A stretch of DNA of 64,000 bases from Malacoraja senta (GCA_038087875.1 CM076001.1:498001-562000); one strand, 5' to 3'. Shown: positions 37,356-50,370, counted from the first letter of the stretch. A program made the numbers and translations. The notes: generated by a model from the letters alone, not told the origin.

Positions 37356-39299
37356 TCTATATATTTAAAGGCTAAACTTGACCACTTCCTGTTTGCGCTG
37401 TATATTGATTTTAGAAAAAACGCTACCACTTCTGGCTGTGATTTTTGGCCATCTTACTCAGCGTCCCCCTCCAGTTATCAGGACCAGAGGATTTTTTCCA
37501 TCAATGAAAAATAAGACTTATTAGAGTTCTTAAAATGTTGAGATTCTCTCACCGGTCCATCACCGCCATGAAGGCCACGCCCCTTCCGGTGGGAGGGGGG
37601 AGGGACTATAAAACCCGGAAGTGTGGACGTGGCTCAGTCTCTGCAAGATGGGGAGGGACAGGTAACGACTCTCAGTCTGAGCTGTGAATCAACTGATTTG
37701 AATTTGGTGGCCTTGCACCCTGCTTGAAATGGTATAAAACTGCACTTGAATTTTGGTGGCCTTGCACCCTGCTTGAAATGGTATGAAACTGCACTCAAAT
37801 TTATTGGCCTTGCACCCTGCTTGAAATGGTATGAAACTGCACTCTACTTTAGTGGCCTTGCACCCTGCTTGAAATGGTATGAAACTGCACTCGAATTTGG
37901 TGGCCTTGCACCCTGCTTGAAATGGTATGACAAAAGACAATAGACAATAGACAATAGGTGCAGGAGTAGGCCATTTGGCACTTCGAGCCAGCACCGCCAT
38001 TCAATGTGATCATGGCTGATCATCCCCAATCAGTACCCCGTTCCTGCCTTCTCCCCATATTCCCTGACTCCGCTATTTTTAAGAGCCCTATCTAGCTCTC
38101 TCTTGAAAGCATTCAGAGAACCTGCCTCCACCGCCCCTCTGAGGCAGAGAATGCCACAGACTCACCACTGTCTGTGAGAAAAAGTGTTTCCTCATCTCCG
38201 TTCTAAATGGCTTACTCCTTATTCTTAAACTGTGGCTCCTGGTTCTGGACTCCCCCAACATCGGGAACATGTTTCCTGCCTCTAGCATTTCCAAGCCCTT
38301 AACAATCTTATATGTTTCAATGAGATGCCCTCTCATCCTTCTAAACTCCAGAGTGCACAAGCCCAGCTGCTCCATTCTCTCAGCATATGACAGTGCCGCC
38401 ATCCCAGGAATTAACCTTGGAAACCTACGCTGCACTCAGTAGCAAGAATGCCCTTCCTCAAATTATGGGACAAAAACTGCACACAATACTCCAGGTGTGG
38501 TCTGACTAGGGTTCTGTACAACTGCAGAAGGACCTCTTTGCTCCTATATTCGATTCCTCTTGTTATAAAGGCCAACATGCCATTCGCTTTCTTCACTGCC
38601 TGCTGTACCTGCATGCTTACTTTCATAGACTGATGTACAAGGACCCGCAGAAGTCGTTGTACTTCCCCTTTTCCCAACTTGATGCCATTTAGATAGTAAA
38701 CATAGAAGGTATGAAACCACACTCAAATATGGTGGCCTTGCACCCTGCTTGAAATGGTATGAAACCGCACTCGAATTTGGTGGCCTTGCACCCTGCTTGA
38801 AATGGTATGAAACCGCACTTGAATTTGGTGGCCTTGCACCCTGCTAGAAATGGTATGTAACCGCACTCGAATTTGGTGGCCTTGCACCCTGCTTGAAATG
38901 ATAAGAAACCACACTCAAATTTGATGGCCTTGCACCCTGCTTGAAATGGTAGGAAACCGCATTTGAAATTGGTGGCCTTGCACCCTGCTTGAAATGATAG
39001 GAAACTGCATTTGAATTTGGTGGCCTTGCACCCTGCTTGAAATGGTAGGAAACTGCATTTGAATTTGGTGGACTTGCACCCTGTTTGAAATGGTAGGAAA
39101 CTGCATTTGAATTTGGTGGCCTTGTACCCTGCTTGAAATGGTAGGAAACTGCATTTGAATTCGGTGGTGTTGCACCCTGCTTGAAATGGAATTTCAAGGA
39201 ATAGCCATGAGTCAACTGCCAGCCCACCAGCCGTGAGTGAGTGTTGGGGGACCAGCCCTCCCGTATGAACATGGTACCCAATGGTCCCACTTAGTCTAG
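37356..39299 (+). mobile_element. Non-autonomous Helitron D (both ends present) with 48-bp array
   Basis: A|TCTATATATTTAAAGG...GGTCCCACTTAGTCTAG|T; 48-bp units at about 37697-37930 and 38705-39190. Confidence 0.88.
37930..38698 (-). mobile_element. 5'-truncated CR1 inserted into the Helitron D array
   Basis: QVQQAVKKANGMLAFI and RPHLEYCVQF; (AGACAAT)n tail at about 37935-37955. Confidence 0.9.
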
Positions 39300-39422
39300 T
39301 AATTCATAATTATATTAGTTCTAAAGTAGTTATGGAGAAGGATAGGGCAGGTCCACAAATTGAGGTCCTAAATTAGGCCGTTCAATTTTGGATGCATTGA
39401 GTTTGATTGGGCTGTTTGTAAA

Positions 39423-40303
39423 TAACCATATAACCATATAACCATAACAGCACGGAAACAGGCCATCTCGGCCCTTCAAGTCCGTGCCGAACACTTTTTT
39501 TAAATTTAATTATTATTTTTCTTTTTTAATTCCCCCTAGTCCCATCTACCTGCACTCAGACCATAACCCTCCATTCCTTTCCCATCCATATACCCATCCA
39601 ATCTATTTTTAAAGGATAAAATCGAACCAGCCTCCACCATTTCCACTGGAAGCTCATTCCACACAGCTACCACTCTTTGAGTAAAGAAGTTCCCCCTAAT
39701 GTTACCCCTAAACTTATGTCCCTTAATTCTCAAGTCATGTCCCCTTGTTTGAATCTTCCCTACTCTCAATGGGAAAAGCTTATCCACGTCCACTCTGTCT
39801 AACCCGCTCATAATTTTAAAGACCTCTATCAAGTCCCCTCTTAACCTTCTGCGCTCCAAAGAATAAAGACCTAACTTGTTCAACCTTTCTCTGTAACTTA
39901 GTTGCTGAAACCCAGGCAACATTCTAGTAAATCTCCTCTGTACTCTCTCTATTTTGTTGACATCCTTCCTATAATTAGGTGACCAAAATTGTACTCCATA
40001 CTCCAGAATTGGCCTCACCAATGCCTTGTACAATTTTAACATTACATCCCAACTTCTATATTCAATGCTCTGATTTATAAAGGCCAGCACACCAAAAGCT
40101 TTCTTTACCACCCTATCTACATGAGATTCCACCTTCAGGGAACTATGCACAGTTAATCCTTGATCCCTCTGTTCAATTGCATTCCTCAATTCGCTACCAT
40201 TTACCATGTACGTCCTATTTTGATTTGTCCTGCCGAGATGTAGCACCTCACATTTATCAGCATTAAACTCCATCTGCCATCTTTCAGCCCACTCTTCCAA
40301 ATG
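39423..40303 (-). mobile_element. 5'-truncated young CR1
   Basis: Uninterrupted 254-aa ORF WAERWQMEFNADKC...RRRLRGDLIEVFKI; (TAACCATA)n tail. Confidence 0.93.
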
Positions 40304-43300
40304 GCCTTCTGGCTTGTGAATGGCTTTTAAAAGTGCTTTTTCACAACTGAGATAAACTAACAGATTAGTGTTAATTTGCAGAGAAGGCAGGGGACAACGT
40401 AGTCTGTAACAGGGTTATGCAGGGTTATTCAATCAATGGGTTAATGCACTCTGTTAGAAAATGATAATGTACCCAAAGATGCTGCAAGTAGCAGAACAGT
40501 GGACAGGCACATCCAGTTAGACTGTGGTCATAGACAGTAAAACTGAGACAATATTACCAACTTCCAACAGTAATGGCCAGTTCTGATATGCAAGTCACCG
40601 AGTCTGCAAGGTTGTATCATGCCAGAGAAGAATCTCCTTTCTCTCTAAGATCCCAGACATTCATTATCAGTATTTGCCTCATGAACATATAATTGCATAC
40701 ATCTGAGAGTTACAAGCACAGGGATAGATGGTAGGCGTGGGGGGAAGGAAGTAAAGGGCTGCATTCAAGATAGAGAAAAAAAAATATCTTTCTACTTTAA
40801 CCTAGTCCTTTGTCATAATTACAAGTAGATTCACACAGATCAATCAGAGATAAAGTCACCGTATGCTTTTACTAATTCATCAGCAATGCAGGTCCCCGCT
40901 AAAAGTAAAATGGACTGAATTCACATTTTAGTGTCAGTGCCATAAATTATTCTTGCAAGTTTGCTGAGGCTAAATCATAATTGTCAGTATGTTAGGCTGA
41001 CATTATTTCAATCCGTGACAAAGAACATGTGTTCTGGGAGACTGCCGACCCCCCAAAAATCCGCAGAAAAAATAAACAGCCGTGAAATTCACACTGCGTT
41101 TTGTTAAAACTAATGGGTACCCTGGAGCAATGTGAGACCTAGAACAATGAAACAAGTGGCTCATTTCAATTCCCAAATTCATTTTGCTGGAATGTAATGT
41201 GTAGGAAGGAACTGCAGATGCTGGTTTAAACTGAAGACAGACACAAAATGCTGGAGTAACTCAGCGGGACAAGCAGCATCTCAGGAGAGAAGGAATGGGT
41301 GACATATCAGGTCGAGACCCTTCTTCAGACTGAAAGTCATGGGAAAGGGGAATGAGAGATATAGACAATAATGTAGAGAACAAATTAATGAAAGTTATGC
41401 AAAAAAGTAGCAATGATAAAGGAAACAGGTCATTGTTGACGGCAACTAGGTGAGAACGAAAGACTTGGGTGGGGGAGGGATTGAGAGGTTCCAAAGCTGC
41501 GATAATGATGATGAAGTGTATAGACTTTGCCCAAGTGACCAGTGACCTGGCCAATATTTATCCCACAGTCAATGTAATCAATAACAGACTAGCTCGTCAT
41601 CCACCAGCTTGTGGAATGTGCCTTGTAGAGATTGGTCACCACTACACATCAAAAAGTAATTCATTGGTACTAAATCATATTGGAATAAAATACACATAAA
41701 ACACATTATTTATTTACTACATATTTAAGTAACCTGTAACTGCAAACTATCAATACATTAAACTTTACACAACTTTATTTTTTTCTTTGAAGTTCGTGTA
41801 AGAATGTTATTAGTACTCTACACTCATCAGATGTATAATTGCCTAGGCCTCCTCCCAGCTAGAATTAATTACTAAAACTTCTGAAAATAATCTGAACCCT
41901 TCGATCTTCATCCTTTCGCTTTTCATCAATTTTTCATCTGCTATTTGTTTTTTAACTCATTGACTTGCGACTGCTTTCCTGAACTCTAATCCATTCCCAG
42001 ATGTGGCCAGCAGGTGTAATCACTCACCATTTGATGGTGACCAATTAATCATCTGCTTCACCCCATGACAACAGCTTGCATTATTCACTCATCAAATGCA
42101 GACTCAGGGGAGCTGCTGTTTTTGTACTGTCCACAGTCATTCAATTTTGATTTAAACTGAGCTTTCTAATAATCCTACCACGTTAAGATTAACTTTTTGT
42201 AACACGGGATTATTCCCTTAATTCCTTCCATGTTAAGACTGCTGAATCAAAAGATTGGCAGAAGGCCTGTGCATTACAATTCTGACAATATCTCTGTGCA
42301 TTTCGTCTTAGGTCTACGATTCCAATGAAAGTATATGTTAACAAATCAGTTTAGTTTATTGTCACATGTACCGAGGTATAGTGAAATACTTTTTGTCGCG
42401 TGCTAACCAGTCAGCAGAAAGACAAACATGATTACAATCGATGCATTTACAGTGTATAGATAAATGATAAGGGAATAATGTTCAGTGCAAGATAAAGCCA
42501 GCAAAGGATAGTCTGAGGGACATCAAATAGGTAGATAGTAGTTCAGCAATGCTCTTTGGTAAAATGTAATGTTACATTCGGAATGCTGACTGTCAAGCTG
42601 TTGATGTACTCTAGATCTTATCTAAATGAAGAGGTTTACTCTAAAATTTCTTCACCTTGTTATAATTTGCTTTCAGGAATTAATGATGAGATTTATTTTA
42701 TACTATAACTTTATCGGAGACGCTCAAACGATCTTTGCTGGCTTCACCTTGCACTAAATGTTATTCCCTTATGATGTATCTGTACATGAACCTGATGAGC
42801 ACCTTCAGCAACAGACTGGTTCTACCAAGATGCAGCACAGCACAGAAGGAAATCCTTCTCCCCTGTGGCTATCAAACTGTACAACTCCTCCCCTTTCTGT
42901 CGTGGGGTAGACTGACTCCCTTCCCCCCTCCCCAATCTTTGCACATCCCCAATCCTGGACTTTCTACTCATCACTTCAATTTCATGTTTCATGTATCTTG
43001 CTGTGCTTTATGACTGTTGGCAGACCAATTTCCCTCCTGGGATAAATAGAGTTCTATTGTATCGCATTGTAACGTACACTGCGAATGGCTCGATTGTAAT
43101 CATGTATTGCCTGTCTACTGACCGGTTAGCACGCAACAAAAGCTTTTCACTGTACCTCAGTACACGTGACACTAAACTAAGCTAAACTAAAAAAAAGAAT
43201 GATACTAAAGGGATTTTGAACTTTGGCACAGAAGCCTTATGTATTGCACATGCAAGGGGGCAATCAGGTAACATTATAGCATTCGAAGAGTAAATTTTAG

Positions 43301-43489
43301 AATCTGTTGTTCGGTTTAAGGTTTCTCATCATAAAGAAATCACAAACCTTTAAATGTAAAATGTAAGGAGATTAATAACAACTATTTTATGATAAATTAT
43401 ATTGTATATTCCACTTGTCCCATTTGAGGTTATCCTGGAAATAAAACAAGATTTGCATTTATATAGCACATTTCATAATCTTGGAATAT

Positions 43490-44090
43490 TTAATGGAACA
43501 GAGAGCAGTACAGCACAGGTACAGACCCTCCAGCCCACAATATTTGTGCCATAAATGATCCCATGTTAAAGTCATCTGCCTGCACATGATCTATATCCCT
43601 CTATTCCTTGCACTTCAGAAGCTTTTGCCTATGCAAAAGCTTCTGAAACACCACTATCGTTTCTGCCCTGGTAATGCATTCCACTACACTCTGCATAAAA
43701 ACTTGTCCCACACATCTCCATTAAACTCCCTCCCCTCACCATAGACCAATACGCTCTAGTATTCTGTCTGTCTATCTATGCCTCTCATATTTTTATATAC
43801 TTCTATCGAGTCTCACCTCAACCTCAACAAATGATGCAGAGAAAACAATCCAAGTCTATCAAATGTCTCCGTGTAGCTGAAACTCTCTAATCCAGGCAGC
43901 TACCCCCTCGTCATCCTCTCTAAAACCTCCTCATCTTTCCTGTAATGGGGCAACCAGAACTGCACACAATGCACAAATGTGCCCTAACCAGTCCTATAGA
44001 CCTGCATCATGACTTCCTGACCCTTTATATTCAATGCCTCAGCAATGAAGGCAAGCATACCACACCTTTGTTACTACCTTATCTAGAAAA
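43490..44090 (-). mobile_element. Old CR1 3' fragment
   Basis: Degenerate reverse-complement match to the CR1 C-terminus and tail (CAGAACTGCACACAAT, CCCTCCAGCCCACA). Confidence 0.65.
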
Positions 44091-44304
44091 GGTGTCCGTT
44101 ATTGCCATTATATATCATTGTATGTAGTTGAAACAATGAACTATAAATGACAGTTCATGCACAAAAGGACACAAAGTGCTGGAGTAACTCAGTGGGTCAG
44201 GCAGCACCCCTGGAGAACACTGTGCAGTGAGTGGACGGACTCTCTGGTGCATCTTGCGAGTGGGGGGTGGGGTCAGAAGCCGGGATCCTAAATGGCAGGG
44301 GAGA

Positions 44305-44932
44305 CGTGTGTGTGCGCACACACATGCGCGCACATACACGCGTACACATACATGCACACAGACCCACACGCAAGCAGGCACACCCGTGCACAAATGCTCC
44401 CACGCGTGCACACACACACACAAGCACAACCGCAGACTCATGTGCATGCACACACATATACAAAAGTGCACACACACATGCGCACACACACACAAGCACT
44501 CGCGCACACAGACGTACACACACATGTGCACACACATACACACAAGCGCATACACACACACAAGCACACAGACACGCGCGCACGCACACATGCAGACACA
44601 CATACACACAAGCGCACACACACACAAGCACACAGACATGCGCGCACGCACACACGCAGACACACATACACACAAGCGCACACACACACAAGCACACAGA
44701 CACGCGCGCACGCACACATGCAGACACACATACACACAAGCGCACACACACACAAGCATACGCGCACACACGCAGACACACATACACACAAGCGCATACA
44801 CACACACAAGCACACAGACACGCGCGCACGCACACACGCAGACACACATACACACAAGCGCACACACACACACAATACACAAGGGCACCCACACACAGGC
44901 ACACACATACGCGCACACACAGACACAGACAC
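44305..44932. repeat. Compound (CA)/(CG) simple repeat with higher-order units
   Basis: Blocks such as CACACATACACACAAGCGCACACACACACAAGCACACAGACACGCGCGCACG recur. Confidence 0.95.
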
Positions 44933-45813
44933 AGCAATCCATGAATATGATATCCACTGCCTTGCCTTCATCAATTTCCTTCCTGTTCTCAAAAGACTCA
45001 ATTATTTCAATCCCAACGATGTAAATCTGAAGTATAGTTACTTTGGAATGAAAACATGACAGCCAATTAATACAACGTTAAATTTAACTACAGCCTGATA
45101 ATGACGGACAAGTCCTGGCACTGGGTCTCAGCTTGAACTGTTTACCCTGTTGCCGCCTCATATGCTGTGAACATCCAACTCCAGATTCAACCCCTACTCC
45201 AAGATTGTAACCACACTTCCATCTGCCAAAGTCAAGTTCATTCCTGATGGCTTTAAGCTTTACGAGAGCAACTTTTAATATTTAAAGTGTTAGCATCCAG
45301 GCTAGTGGTTAAATGCAGGCTAGAACTCCAGGTTAGTGTCATTATTACATTATTACAATCTTTCAAAAAAAGATGTTTAACAGAGACCGCATCTGCTCTC
45401 TTAGGTAGATCTACGGGATCTTATGGGCATTATCCTAAGAATCCTAGACAATAAATTGTCCCTCATTCCAAATTATCCATTATCACATCGCTGTTCATTG
45501 GCATTTGTTGCTGAAAAACTGGTTCTTGGATTTCTTTCACTGCAACAATGTTTGCACTTCATAAAAAGTTTTTTCATTAACCGCAAAGTGCTTTGGGACC
45601 TCCTGAAAAAGTCTGTCTTTATTTCATTTTCTCTCTATTTAGGCGAGGATCTGGTGCTAAAATGCTGAAATCCTCAGGCTACAGGTCCCTAGGCTTCTAT
45701 GTCTGCAACAGAACTAATTTATATTTTTTCCCATTCAATTTTGACAGTTCAAAAGTACATAATTGGTTGTGAAACCCTTTGGGACTTTGGTACTAGGGAA
45801 TATCTAGACCCAC

Positions 45814-45877
45814 CATTGTGATTGCTTCTCAAGTTCCTTCAGAAGTGGTTTAGCTTTACATAGTTGTACCATTACTG
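45814..45877 (-). CDS. Candidate internal exon (64 nt, phase 1-2): VMVQLCKAKPLLKELEKQSQ
   Basis: ttgtttatttctttcaatatag|CAGTAATG...CACAATG|gtgggt with a NAGNAG acceptor; one frame open. No phase-bridging exon to 33665 was found. Confidence 0.4.
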
Positions 45878-45974
45878 CTATATTGAAAGAAATAAACAAT
45901 AATGCAAAAACATAAGACAGCAAACCAGCATTGATCAAGGCACTGAATGCAGATATATGAGTGTTGTACACTGT

Positions 45975-46319
45975 GGGCAGTACGGTGGTCCACTGGTAGA
46001 ATTGCTGCCTTTTACAGCGCTTTTCAGCGCCAGAGAACGGGGTTTGATCCTGACAACGGATGCTGCCTGTACGGAGTTTGTACAGTTTGTACATTCTCCC
46101 CGTGACTGCATGGGTTTTCTTCAAGATCTTCGGTTTCCTCCCACACTCCAAAGACGTACAGGTGTGTAGGTTAATTGGCTTGCGTTGGTATCCTTAGTAT
46201 TAGTGTAAATTGTCCCTAGTGTATGTATGCTTGTGTTAATGTGCGGGGATAGCTGGTCGGTGCAGACTCGGTGGGCCGAAGGGCCTGTTTCCGTGCTGTA
46301 TCTCTAAAGTAAACTAAAC
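45975..46319 (+). mobile_element. Full-length HE1-like SINE
   Basis: tRNA-like head, shared body and GGGCCGAAGGGCCTGTTTCCGTGCTGTATCTCTAAAG tail. Confidence 0.85.
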
Positions 46320-46968
46320 CCAGTCAGTCTTATAATACTATAATACTATCCTCGCTAATGTCCAAGGGCTATTTGTCAAAACTGGGAGGGCTGTCCCACA
46401 AACTATGACAACATGGCAAACATCTCCAAAAAACCTAGTCACACAGGCAGTACAGGCTACCAATGAAGGCTAAACTGTCGCACACATGTAGGAGAGCACA
46501 TACCTGGGTGACCACAACATTGATTCCAGACCCAATGAAGTTGCATGGAATGATATAAAACATGATATGAAGGTAGACAAATCTCTAGGGCCTGATCAGA
46601 TATATCCGAGGACATTGTGGGAAACCAGAGAGGAAATTGCGGGAGCCCTGGTTGAAATTTATGAGTCGTCTTTAAATACAGGAGAGGTGCCGGAAGACTG
46701 GAGGGTGGCAAATGTTATGCCTCTTTTCAAGAAGGGCTGCAGGGAAAATGCTGGGAACTATAGACCTGTGAGCTTAACATCTGCAGTTGAAAAGTTACTA
46801 GAGAGTATTCTGAAGGATAGGATATACAGGCATTTGGATGGGCAAGGGCTGATTAGGAATAGTCAGCATGGGTTTGTAAGTGGGAGGTTGTGTCTCGCAA
46901 ATCTGATTGAGTTTTTTGAAGAGGTGACCAAAAAGGTCGGTGAAGGCAGAGCTGTAGATGTACATATG

Positions 46969-47993
46969 TAGGTACGTTACAAAACTCACCTTAAGCGGCG
47001 CTGCAGTTCTGTCACTGCCCGTGTGCGCGACTTTGGTGCCGTTGAGTGGGGGGCGGGTTTAAAATGCGGTATTTCGGAAGCCTATTCAAATCGATCTTGA
47101 ACAGGCTATTTAGTTGATGAAGAAAAATCGCTTTGACTGCCGTTCTCTGGAATTATTTTTAAACTGCGCTTACTAATTTAATTACTGTAGTAAATTAAAA
47201 ATCATCTTCTAAAGCCGTGAACGGCGACAACGGGACGGACCTCACGTTGGGGACAAGGCAAGGTACACAGTTTATTGTTTCATTAAAAAGTGCTTCTTAG
47301 GATACCTTTAATCAAAATTTCACATTGCGAGAAGGTGACTTATTCCCCATACGAACCGGCAGTATTTTTCCTGCCGACATGGGGTTTAAATTCACCGCAA
47401 ATGCAACGTTCCAATTGATCGCGTTCCAGAAAATCTCACTCGCAAGATGATTTAAATGGCCATTAATTTACAGGAATTAAACATTAAATTCCTTCCATTT
47501 GGCCTATAAATTAATGACAATGACATTTAAAAATCATGTTATAGTGCGAATTCTTGTGTGAATGTTATTTGGACACTTAGGCTATTTAAAAATGTTCATC
47601 TTTTGTTAAGAAATTGATAGATGTTTAGATCTAGTAATTGAATTTTGTAATTAGCTACAATTGGGTAACTAACTAATTATATGCTTTAATTTCAGGTCAT
47701 CCAAGTAAGATTGTTTCATATTTGTTTCAGAATACTTCAATCTATAATAACTGAAAATTTCTTTCCGTTCTCTTAATTTTTAAGAAATTTATGGGCTTTT
47801 GACTGTCCTCGATCACAGCTTTTGTGTTAAGTCAATGGAAAAGCAATAGGGAACAAGATGCTAATTTCCGAGTATGAAAATGGCCATAACTTTTTTAATA
47901 CTGAAGATATGAAAGTGAATTAGGTGTCAAATTAAACTTCTTTTTATGCTTTATCTGATGGGATAAATTGCAGACTTGATTGTAACATTGCTA
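46969..47993. mobile_element. Non-autonomous DNA transposon with short TIRs and a 7-bp TSD
   Basis: Left end TAGGTACGTTACAA; right end reverse-complements to TAGCAATGTTACAA. ACATATG at 46962-46968 and 47994-48000. Confidence 0.8.
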
Positions 47994-48027
47994 ACATATG
48001 GATTTCAGTAAACATGGTTCTGCATGG

Positions 48028-48877
48028 ACAAAGGACATTTAGTGTCACATACACCAATTGGTGCAGTGAAATTTGAGTTACCATGCAGCACACAAATAAG
48101 ATAAACACAACACTATAGAATTTAAAATAAAACATTAAAACATCCCCCCACAGCGGAATCAACGTTTCTCACTGTGAGGGAAGTTCAGTCATCTTTCTCT
48201 TGTTCACTCGTGGTCGGGGCCTATTGAGGCCTCCGCAGTTGCTGCAACGGCGGCCCGATGTTTCAGGCCCTCTCGCTGGGATGATCGGATGATCGGAGCT
48301 CTGGCATCAACGAAAGAACACTCTCAGCGGCTTGGAATTTCCGAATCGGCAGCTTCCTACCGGAGACCACGGCTTCCGAAGTCCAAAGGTCGACTTGGGC
48401 GGAGCTCCAACTAGCGATCCTCGGCGAAAGATCCCAGGCCTCCGCGATGTTAAAGTTAGCGCCACCCGTGGCTGGAAGCTCCGCAGACCACAGCTCTCTG
48501 GTGTTAAAGTCGGCAGGCCTAACACTCAGGAGCTCCAACACGGCGTTCCCGGTAAGGCATCGCCCGCTCCGCGATGGAATCCAGTGCTGCGCCATTCCTG
48601 AAGCTCTGGCCGGTCTCCGGCAGGAAAGGCCGCACCAATCCAGATGGTAGGCCACGAGGGGGGGGGGAGCAAAGATGCGGCTTGGAGAAAAGACGCATCC
48701 TCGACCAGGTGGTGACTCAGAAGACCGTTTCCCCCTCCCCCCCCACCCCGCACCCCCCACATAAAAAAGACTAAAAGACCTCCAAAAACAAACTTTTAGA
48801 TAGACTAAAAATAACAAAAAGGATGAAAGGACAGACAGCTGCTGGGGAGGCCGCCACACTCGATGGCACCACTACTC
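48028..48877 (-). mobile_element. GC-rich non-coding retroelement with Rex1-like tail, copy 4 (TSD-delimited)
   Basis: GCATGG at 48022-48027 and 48878-48883 inside the CR1; tail AAATTTCACTGCACCAATTGGTGTATGTGACACTAAA. Confidence 0.8.
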
Positions 48878-50370
48878 GCATGGTAGGCTACTCAGGAAGG
48901 TTAGATCGCTATTGGATCCATGGAGAGATAGCTGAATGGATAGAAAATTGGCTTCATGGAAGGAAGCAGAGGGTGATGGTGGAAGGTTGCTTCTCGGACT
49001 GTGACTAGTGGTGTACCTCAGGGTTCAGTGCTGGGCCTGTTACTGTTTGTCATCTATATCAATAATTTGGATGAGAACATACAGGGCAAGATTAGCAAGT
49101 TTGCTGATGATACAAAAGTGGGTGGTTTTGCAGATAGTGAAGATGGTTGTGAAAAATTGCAGCAGGATCTGGATCAATTGGCCAGGTGGGCTGAGGAATG
49201 GATGATAGAATTTAATGCACAAAAATGTGAGGTGTGGCATTTTGGGAAGTCTAACATGGGCAGGACCTACACAGTGAATGGTAGGGCTCTGGGTAGTGTT
49301 GTAGAGCAGAGGGATCTAGGAGTACAGGTGCATAGCTCCTTGAAGGTGGAGTCGCAGGTCAAAAATGCTTTTGGCATATTGGCCTTCATCAGCCAGATTA
49401 TTGAGTATAGAAGTTGGGAGGTCATGATGTGGTTGTATAAAACGTTGGTGAGGTCACATTTAGAGTATTGTATTCAGTTCTGCGCACCGTGATATAGGAA
49501 AGATGTTGTCAGCTGGAAAGGGTACAGAGAAGATTTACGAGGATGTTGCCAGGACTAGAGGGTCTGAGCCTCAGGCAGAGGTTGAGCAGGCTGGGTCTCT
49601 CCCTGAAGTGCAGAAGGATGAGGGGAGATATTTTCGAGGTGCATAAGATCATGAGAGGAATAGATTGTGTAGATGCAGAGTCTCTTGCCCAGAGTAGGTG
49701 AATCGAGGATCAGAGGACATAGGTTTGTGAAGGGGGAAAGATTTATTCGAAATCTGAGGGGTAACTTTTTCACACAAATGTCGGTGGATGAATGGAACAA
49801 GCTGCCAGAGGAGGTAGTTGAGGCAGGGACTATCCCAACATTAAGAAACAGTTAGACAGGTACATGGATAGGACAGGTTTGGAGGGATATGGACCAAATG
49901 CTGGCAGGTAGGACGAGTGTAGCTGGGACATGTTGCCTAGTGTGGGCAAGTTGGGCCGAAGGGCCTGTTTCCACACACTGTATCACTCTATGACTTTATG
50001 ACATGGATAAGTACCTTTGCTCCTGATTAACATCAGGCATCCTCTACCAACTGGTGTCCCAGAATAATTAACACTTGGAAGAAGCACAGAGGATGGGGTT
50101 GCCAAATTGAGTTTGTAGTAAATAGGTGGTGAGCCAATAAAACAAATATATCTACTAAAGAGAGACACAAAATGCTGAAGTGACTCAGTGGGACAGGCTG
50201 CAATTTTACTGATTGTATGCCTCCTTGTCAACTTCCACAGCTAATAATGAACCATTCTACATTTTGTCTGCTTTGAACTTTGTTTTCACACCTTACCCCT
50301 CCATATCTCTAGACTCCCTCTCCCCTGACTCTCAATCTAAAGAAGTGTCGACCTGAAACATCACCCATTC

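Larger units (their letters stand above)
46565..49995 (+). mobile_element. CR1 LINE (RT to 3' end) interrupted by two nested insertions
   Basis: GNYRPVSLTS...EGRAVDV, resuming MDFSK at about 47998 and TSGVPQGSVLG...KFADDTKVGG from 49001. Confidence 0.92.

Noticed and set aside
40860..40898. 39-nt exon-like segment GTCIADELVKAY
   Set aside because: Weak GTGACT donor, and phase 1-1 does not bridge the neighbouring candidates.
42022..42060. Strong minus-strand donor ATG|GTGAGT
   Set aside because: A stop lies just upstream in the phase-0 frame and there is no matching acceptor.
44950..45030. Coding-like stretch next to the simple repeat
   Set aside because: CR1 RT remnant (IDEGKAVDIIFMD).
44115..45059. 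Long Cys/Val- and His/Thr-rich ORFs
   Set aside because: Stop-free translations of a CA/CG simple repeat.
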